A stretch of 64,000 nt of DNA from Eledone cirrhosa. Its lineage: Eukaryota. Positions 57,041 through 64,000 of the stretch are shown here, piece after piece (the first letter of the stretch is position 1; every line of letters begins with the position of its first letter). The notes under the pieces were generated by a model. It saw only the letters and a program-made list of their open reading frames with translations, made no database searches and was not told the DNA's origin. Both the position numbers and the translations under genes were made by a program. Location of the stretch: assembly GCA_964016885.1 (NCBI GenBank), contig OZ024752.1, positions 8,556,001 to 8,620,000 of the forward strand. The letters are read 5' to 3'.

Positions 57041-58329
57041 TCACAAGATTGATCATAGTGCATCCAAGATCACATTATCCAATCTGTCCTTCACTTTTCA
57101 AGACTGTAGAGTGTGATTTGGTTTTTATTTCTACTAAATTGGATGGCCACATGGAAGCTCCCCTGATGGTATTTTGTTGCTTCTCAGAGTTTAATTTCAC
57201 AATATTTCAGCTCATCTTGTTGTAGACAATAGATAACATATTTTCCGATAAATTTATTTGTGTTAATCTAGTGTTATGTGTTGGGTTAGATCAGAAGTTC
57301 TCAAAGTTGACGCTACTGCTCCCTGGGAGGCGTTGAGAAGGTCCAAGGGGACGCAGGGTGGTGGTGGTAGAGATGATATAATAGTATATTAAATATCAAA
57401 TGATACATATTATATACAAATATAGTAAAATAAAAAATAAAAAATATAATATTTATTTATGCATAGTATATATTATATTATTTATTATATATAAATTAAA
57501 GATTTTATTTATTATATATTATTTACAATTTGTGTGTAGGGAGGTCTCTCTGGAAATAGGGGTGGGGGCGCTGAGGGTATTACGTGACCGGGGGGGGGGT
57601 TATTATGTGGCGGTGAGGGTGGGGGACAACTGATGCAGGTAGTTTGTTCCATGGAGGTTTTAAAGGATGCTGTGTATCGGCAGCTAACAACTAATGCAGG
57701 TAGTTTGTTCCATGCTTCAGCAACTCAGCATGAAAAAATGTTTCTGAAAGTCATGGACATTTCTCATTTCTGGACTTTTAACCTATTTTTTTTCAGGGGG
57801 ATGTCAGAACCAAGCATTTATTGAGTGGAAATGCCATTTCTAACCTCAGGAATATAAATAAGAAAATGGACAAGAAAGAGAAGGAAAAGAAGAAAAAGAA
57901 AAAAAAGAAATTAAGCAATGAAAGAAAGAGAAAGAGAGAAAGAGTGACAGACTCTACACCCCAGTCTGAGTGGTATGTTTCAGATGGACCCTGCAGACAA
58001 AATGATGAAGGCATTGCCATGGAGAGTGGCCAGTGACACCCGCTGCAACAACCACCCCCTCTCATGGGGCTGCTTCTTCACGGGATTTGCTGTCTTTCTG
58101 GTTTTACAGAGGAAAACATCAGGGACTGAGGACATGTGAGGTCTCAACAGTGACTGGTGTAATAATGAAGTGGTCAGTCCAGTCCCTTTATTTGGTTGTC
58201 TTCCTATTTTCTGCATTGGGGTCATCGGTGTTTGGGTTTTACAGCTGAAGTAACAAGGTTGGAGGTGGAGAATGAGTTGCAACACATGACATCCTAAATT
58301 AGGGGTTTAGCTCCCTTAAATGGGAAGTG

Positions 58330-58612
58330 AGGAGGCATGTGGCCTAGTGGTAAGGGTGTTGGACATACAATCATAATGTCATGGGTTCGATTACTGGACC
58401 AGGCTGTGTTGTGTTCTTGAGTAAAACACTTTATTTCACATTGCTCCAGTATACTCAGCTGAAAATGAGTACCAGTTATATCTGGTGGTTTAACCCTGTG
58501 ATGGACTAGTGTCTTGTCCTGGGAGGAAGTATTGTATCTCAGCTGCTTCATGCTACAGAAACCAGGATAAGAACCCCCCTAATGGGTCTCCAGGTTTGAG
58601 ACAGACTTTAGA
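58330..58612 (+). mobile_element. tRNA-derived SINE, near full length
   Basis: ggaggcatgtggcctagtggtaagggtgttggac...ggttcgatt...cagactttagact tail. Confidence 0.8.
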
Positions 58613-59158
58613 CTTTTAGAATGGGAAGAGAGTTATCCTGTTGGTGTGTTTACCATCTCTAGTTGTGACAGGAAACTTATTCTCTGATTAGGAAACCAAA
58701 TACATTGAATCTATACTCATTGATTAAAAATATCACTTTTAAAAGTAACTGGCAGGAGACCTAGGGGTAGACCCTGAGTAAGATTGTTGGATAACATTCT
58801 TGAGCTTGGATGGTCTTGCTTGGGGATCCAGCTGGATCAGTTGGAGACAGTTGTTTCTGACAGGAATCCACTGGAAGGTGTGTTTGAGGACTCTGCCCTC
58901 ACAACCCTCTCAGGAATAATTGGGAGGAGGAGGAGGGGGAGGAGAAGAAAAAGAAGGAGGAGGAGGAGAAGGAGAAGAAGAAGAAGACACAAACCACTTA
59001 TTTTGTATTTCTCTAAAACAAAAACATCTTTCACCTCATATACAAAGGGATGTGCTGGAAATTTCCTGGCTTTTGGTAAAAGAAAATACAGGAGGATCAG
59101 TTAATTATGATTTTATTCAACATATTCCCCTCTCAGATTCACACTTATTACACTGGTC

Positions 59159-59528
59159 CTACCTCCTCTGTAAAGGTAACAGCTCTACCTCCCATGTAAA
59201 GATAACAGCTCTACCTCCCATGTAAAGATAACAGCTCCACCTCCCCTACAAAGGTAACAGCTCTACCTCACCTGTAAAGGTAACAGCTCTACATCCCCTG
59301 TAAAGATAAGAGCTCTACCTCCCCCGTAAAGGTAACAGCTCTACCGCCCCTGTAAAGATAAGAGCTCTACCTCCACTGTAAAGGTAACAGTTCTACCTCC
59401 CTTGTAAAGGTAACGACTCTACCTCTCCTGTAAAGGTAACAGCTCTACCTCACCTGTAAATGTAACAGTCCTACCCCTCCTACAAAGGTAACAGTTCTAC
59501 CTCCCCTGTAAAGGTAACAACTCTACCC
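59159..59528 (+). repeat. 26-bp diverged minisatellite, ~14 copies
   Basis: Unit ctacctcccctgtaaaggtaacagct. Confidence 0.9.
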
Positions 59529-60130
59529 TTTCATGAAACCCTTAAAACCAAGAACTTTTCAGCCCCACCCCCTCCTATATAACTCATATCTACTGTTCAT
59601 GTTACTCTCTATACCACACATGAAATGTGGGGTCTCTGTCTATGTAGAACCCTGCCCTCCCTGTCACACACCTGGGTAATCAACAACAAAAGCATCCAGT
59701 CACTCCTTTCCTCATCTAAAGTGAAGTCATTCTTTTTCTTTTTTCAAATATAAAAAATATCTTTTGGAGATGAATTTGTATTTTTAAAATTTATATTTGA
59801 GCTGTACACCTGCTCTTATTAACTTTATACATTTTTTAATGCCTTTGATATGTTTATTTACTGATTACAATACATGTCTTGCACTATACTTAACCTTTCT
59901 GTAGCAGGATGTTTCTCTATAGAAGCATGTTTTTAAAAATGTTTAATTCTTTTAGCTGCTCCTAATTTGATTTCATTTATATGCCCATATTTTCCATATG
60001 CTTCTTCCGCCTTTGCTATCTTTTTTATATAAATATTGATACTTATGCTTATTTCTCACATTATGTATCCTCCTAATGTTCTTATGACAAACTTCTGATA
60101 TTATATTTGTGTGTTTTAACCTTTATTATA

Positions 60131-60177
60131 TACTCTGATGAAATCGGCCTTGTGCTAGGATGAAACGATTGTAAGTG
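60131..60177 (+). ncRNA. Minimal hammerhead ribozyme motif
   Basis: TACT-CTGATGA-A-ATC ggccttgtgctag GAT-GAAA-CGATTG-TA^-AGTG. Confidence 0.55.
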
Positions 60178-60242
60178 ATTAAATGTTTTAAACATTCTTT
60201 GATTGTTATTTATATTGTGTATATATATATATATGATATATA

Positions 60243-60281
<39 letters not shown>

Positions 60282-60365
60282 AAAGGTAAACAGAAATAAC
60301 AACACAATCGGTACAGTATATGGAAGGGATATATTAGGTTAACGCTTGTTATAGCAGGAAGAGGG

Positions 60366-60401
60366 TCTTAACGTTTCAGACGCTAGTCTTTCACCAGAAG
60401 A
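60366..60401 (-). ncRNA. Degenerate minimal hammerhead motif (A6G core change)
   Basis: TCTT-CTGGTGA-A-AGAC tagc GTCT-GAAA-CG-TT^-AAGA. Same family as the decayed copies at 38422-38455(+) and ~40808-40840(-). Confidence 0.45.
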
Positions 60402-60604
60402 AAGAATGAGAAATAAGTTAGGTTGAGGAGACAGGCGGGTTTGCATTGGAAAAAATGTCTTTAGATAAAAATAACAGGTCCATTCATGTTGACATCTCTT
60501 ATGTGTGTGTGTGTTATGTATATATATATATATACATGTATGTATTGCATATTCATATATATGTATATATGTACATGTACGCATGGACACACACATATAC
60601 ACAA

Positions 60605-62470
60605 ACAACGAGGAACGATGAAAGCTCTAGAGTTTTATGATACAAATGTGATTATCTACAACAGTAATTTCAGAAAGACAGCCAATCGTTTGATTACCTA
60701 TCAATCAGGCAATCATGTAAACCAAATAGATTTTATTCTCACTAGCAATCAGAACAGACTAATGGTCGTAAGTAAAAGATTCCCACTAGCAATCAGAACA
60801 GACTAATGGTCGTAAGTAAAAGATTCCCACTAGCAATCAGAACAGACTAATGGTCGTAAGTAAAAGATTCCCACTAGCAATCAGAACAGACTAATGGTCG
60901 TAAGTAAAAGATTCCCACTAGCAATCAGAACAGACTAATGGTCGTAAGTAAAAGATTCCCACTAGCAATCAGAACAGACTAATGGTCGTAAGTAAAAGAT
61001 TCCCACTAGCAATCAGAACAGACTAATGGTCGTAAGTAAAAGATTCCCACTAGCAATCAGAACAGACTAATGGTCGTAAGTAAAAGATTCCCACTAGCAA
61101 TCAGAACAGACTAATGGTCGTAAGTAAAAGATTCCCACTAGCAATCAGAACAGACTAATGGTCGTAAGTAAAAGATTCCCACTAGCAATCAGAACAGACT
61201 AATGGTCGTAAGTAAAAGATTCCCACTAGCAATCAGAACAGACTAATGGTCGTAAGTAAAAGATTCCCACTAGCAATCAGAACAGACTAATGGTCGTAAG
61301 TACAAAGATTCCCACTAGCAATCAGAACAGACTAATGGTCGTAAGTAAAAGATTCCCACTAGCAATCAGAACAGACTAATGGTCGTAAGTAAAAGATTCC
61401 CACTAGCAATCAGAACAGACTAATGGTCGTAAGTACAAAGATTCCCACTAGCAATCAGAACAGACTAATGGTCGTAAGTAAAAGATTCCCACTAGCAATC
61501 AGAACAGACTAATGGTCGTAAGTACAAAGATTCCCACTAGCAATCAGAACAGACTAATGGTCGTAAGTACAAAGATTCCCACTAGCAATCAGAACAGACT
61601 AATGGTCGTAAGTACAAAGATTCCCACTAGCAATCAGAACAGACTAATGGTCGTAAGTAAAAGATTCCCACTAGCAATCAGAACAGACTAATGGTCGTAA
61701 GTACAAAGATTCCCACTAGCAATCAGAACAGACTAATGGTCGTAAGTACAAAGATTCCCACTAGCAATCAGAACAGACTAATGGTCGTAAGTACAAAGAT
61801 TCCCACTAGCAATCAGAACAGACTAATGGTCGTAAGTACAAAGATTCCCACTAGCAATCAGAACAGACTAATGGTCGTAAGTACAAAGATTCCCACTAGC
61901 AATCAGAACAGACTAATGGTCGTAAGTAAAAGATTCCCACTAGCAATCAGAACAGACTAATGGTCGTAAGTACAAAGATTCCCACTAGCAATCAGAACAG
62001 ACTAATGGTCGTAAGTACAAAGATTCCCACTAGCAATCAGAACAGACTAATGGTCGTAAGTACAAAGATTCCCACTAGCAATCAGAACAGACTAATGGTC
62101 GTAAGTACAAAGATTCCCACTAGCAATCAGAACAGACTAATGGTCGTAAGTACAAAGATTCCCACTAGCAATCAGAACAGACTAATGGTCGTAAGTACAA
62201 AGATTCCCACTAGCAATCAGAACAGACTAATGGTCGTAAGTACAAAGATTCCCACTAGCAATCAGAACAGACTAATGGTCGTAAGTAAAAGATTCCCACT
62301 AGCAATCAGAACAGACTAATGGTCGTAAGTACAAAGATTCCCACTAGCAATCAGAACAGACTAATGGTCGTAAGTAAAAGATTCCCACTAGCAATCAGAA
62401 CAGACTAATGGTCGTAAGTACAAAGTCCGCCCTTGGTAAAGAATGTCCCGCCAAACATAAACTAGTATTT
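60605..62470 (+). mobile_element. RTE LINE endonuclease fragment split by a tandem array
   Basis: NSNFRK...LITYQSGNHVNQIDFILT before the array and KSALGKECPAKHKLV after it, matching APE endonuclease C-terminal motifs. Confidence 0.8.
60740..62425 (+). repeat. 44/45-bp minisatellite, ~38 copies
   Basis: Unit cactagcaatcagaacagactaatggtcgtaagta(c)aaagattcc. Confidence 0.97.
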
Positions 62471-62514
62471 AGTTCTTTCTTCTTTTATTTTTGTTTTCCT
62501 CATCATATTGCACA

Positions 62515-62812
62515 TGGAGGCCCGTGGCCTAGTGGTAAGGGTGTTGGACTTATGATCATAATGTCGTGGGTTCAACTCTTGGGCTAGGTTGTGTGTTGTG
62601 TTCTTGAACAAGACACTTCATTTCATGGTGCTCCAGTATACTCAACTCAAAATGAGTACCAGCAATAGCTGGGAGTTTAACTCTGCGATGGACTGGCGTC
62701 CTGTCCAGTGGGGAAGTATTGTACTCTCAGTCACTTCACACCACGGAAGCCAACATAAGCACCAGCCTAATGAGCCTCCGGGCTCGGGACAGACTTTAGA
62801 CTCAGACTTAGA
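62515..62812 (+). mobile_element. tRNA-derived SINE, near full length
   Basis: A/B-box head, shared body and cagactttagact tail. Confidence 0.8.
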
Positions 62813-63127
62813 CATCATATTGCAGTCTCAGTTTCAGTGGTCTTATTCTCGCCAGTCACCAATCTGGTACTTTGTCAAACCTGCCAAGACTAGGCTTTTT
62901 TTAGAGGCAGCCTTTACTAGCCTCATTGTAGCTACATCAATAGGTTGTAAGAGATTTCTTGGCAGCTACTAGCTCCCCTAACAGTTTACCACTGTTGGTC
63001 CGGGCTTGCTTATTTATCTGGCTGTAGCCCGCTTATATCACAACTAGCTATCATATCTGGTGGCCGTATCACTATCCGCCACCTGTGACCTGTTCTCTAG
63101 CAGAACAGCTCTGTATTTAGTAACTTT

Positions 63128-63270
63128 TGGCTTAGTGGTTAGAGCATTGGGCTTGCAATCGAAAGGTTGTGAGTTCAATTCTCGGACCGGGTGATGTGTT
63201 GTTTCCTTGAGCAAGACACTATATTTCATGTTGCTCCAGTTTACTCAGCTGTAGAAATGAGTTGTGATCC
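63128..63270 (+). mobile_element. tRNA-derived SINE head
   Basis: tggcttagtggttagagcattgggcttgcaatcgaaaggttgtgagttcaattctc. Inverse copy at 40410-40555. Confidence 0.75.
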
Positions 63271-64000
63271 TACCAAATCAATGGGTGGCAGTAGTTCCAG
63301 CTGCACACATCGTAACACTGGTGTAGTGGTTCTGAGAACAATGCGGCTTTGTAGATGATCAATGCAAATTGACAATGGAAAGGCGCTCCCACTTGAGTTA
63401 GAAGAGAACTATTGACCTTTAGGAGAAGCAGAGACCCCTGATTGTATTCAGCAACCGAAACAAATACGAAGTACACCAAATCCACTTCTCCTAGGGGCGG
63501 CCCTGATTCTTCTTATTTGTGAGTGTAAACTCGGCCAGATTAGATTAGATTAGATAAATTATGACTAGACCACATTGGAGACAAAAGATAATCTGGAGGA
63601 GAAAGATGCCTATTATAGCAAGACAGAGGAGAGACATACGACATAGAGAAACAGTGGAATAATTTACTGAAGGTTACAGACAAAGTCTGCGACTGGTGCA
63701 AAGGTCTCGTTACGATGAAGAGTAACATAGTGGTTGAATAGTAGGGTGGTTGTGATGATTAAAGCTAATGAACAGGCATAGAAGGATTGGAAGAATAGGG
63801 GAAGCAGAGAGAGAGGTACGAGGTGCAATGGTGGGGGAATAGTAGGGACAGGCATAGAAGGACTGGAAGATCAGGGGAAGCAGGGAACAATACTAAAAAG
63901 CTGAGAGAGAGCCAGGTACGAGGTGCACCTAGCATGAGGTGAAGTAGAATATAAGAGGTTTACAGAGATCATAGCTGTGAGGAGGTGACTGTAAGAGGAG

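Noticed and set aside
62515-62590. tRNA gene-like A/B boxes (also at 32965, 58330 and 63128)
   Set aside because: Each continues into a shared SINE body and tail and lacks a proper acceptor stem, so these are SINE heads.
63500-64000. Purine-rich stretch possibly from a LINE on the minus strand (similar stretches at 31020-31480 and 53860-55140)
   Set aside because: Only vague motif echoes are visible, so I cannot assign a family without a search.

Overview
Eukaryotic, AT-rich, repeat-dense animal DNA. The SINE/MITE repertoire and huge (TA)n fields resemble an octopod cephalopod genome, but this is inference from recognition and was not verified by search. The only protein-coding gene I can support is the 5' part of a USP36/USP42-family deubiquitinase on the minus strand: nine coding exons at 302-8928 that splice phase-consistently into 372 codons and continue past the left edge. 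The first coding exon has a splice acceptor at 8941-8943, so at least one 5' UTR exon lies further right and was not located. The remaining ~55 kb is SINEs, TTAA-flanked piggyBac-like MITEs, hAT-like MITEs, decayed RTE/CR1/Penelope-like retroelements, minisatellites and microsatellites. The long ORFs in the track are tandem-repeat artefacts, and there is no CRISPR array, rRNA or true tRNA. The most interesting observations are: (1) several minimal hammerhead-ribozyme motifs, one with an intact core inside an inverted repeat; (2) three separate 48-bp arrays seeded from the same SINE segment, plus other arrays born from mobile-element pieces; (3) recurrent (TA)n-centred fold-back palindromes and template-switch patchworks; (4) a triplicated intronic hairpin that hides a cryptic 5' splice site. 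Repeat boundaries are approximate because they were read by eye. I see no convincing wholly new protein system.
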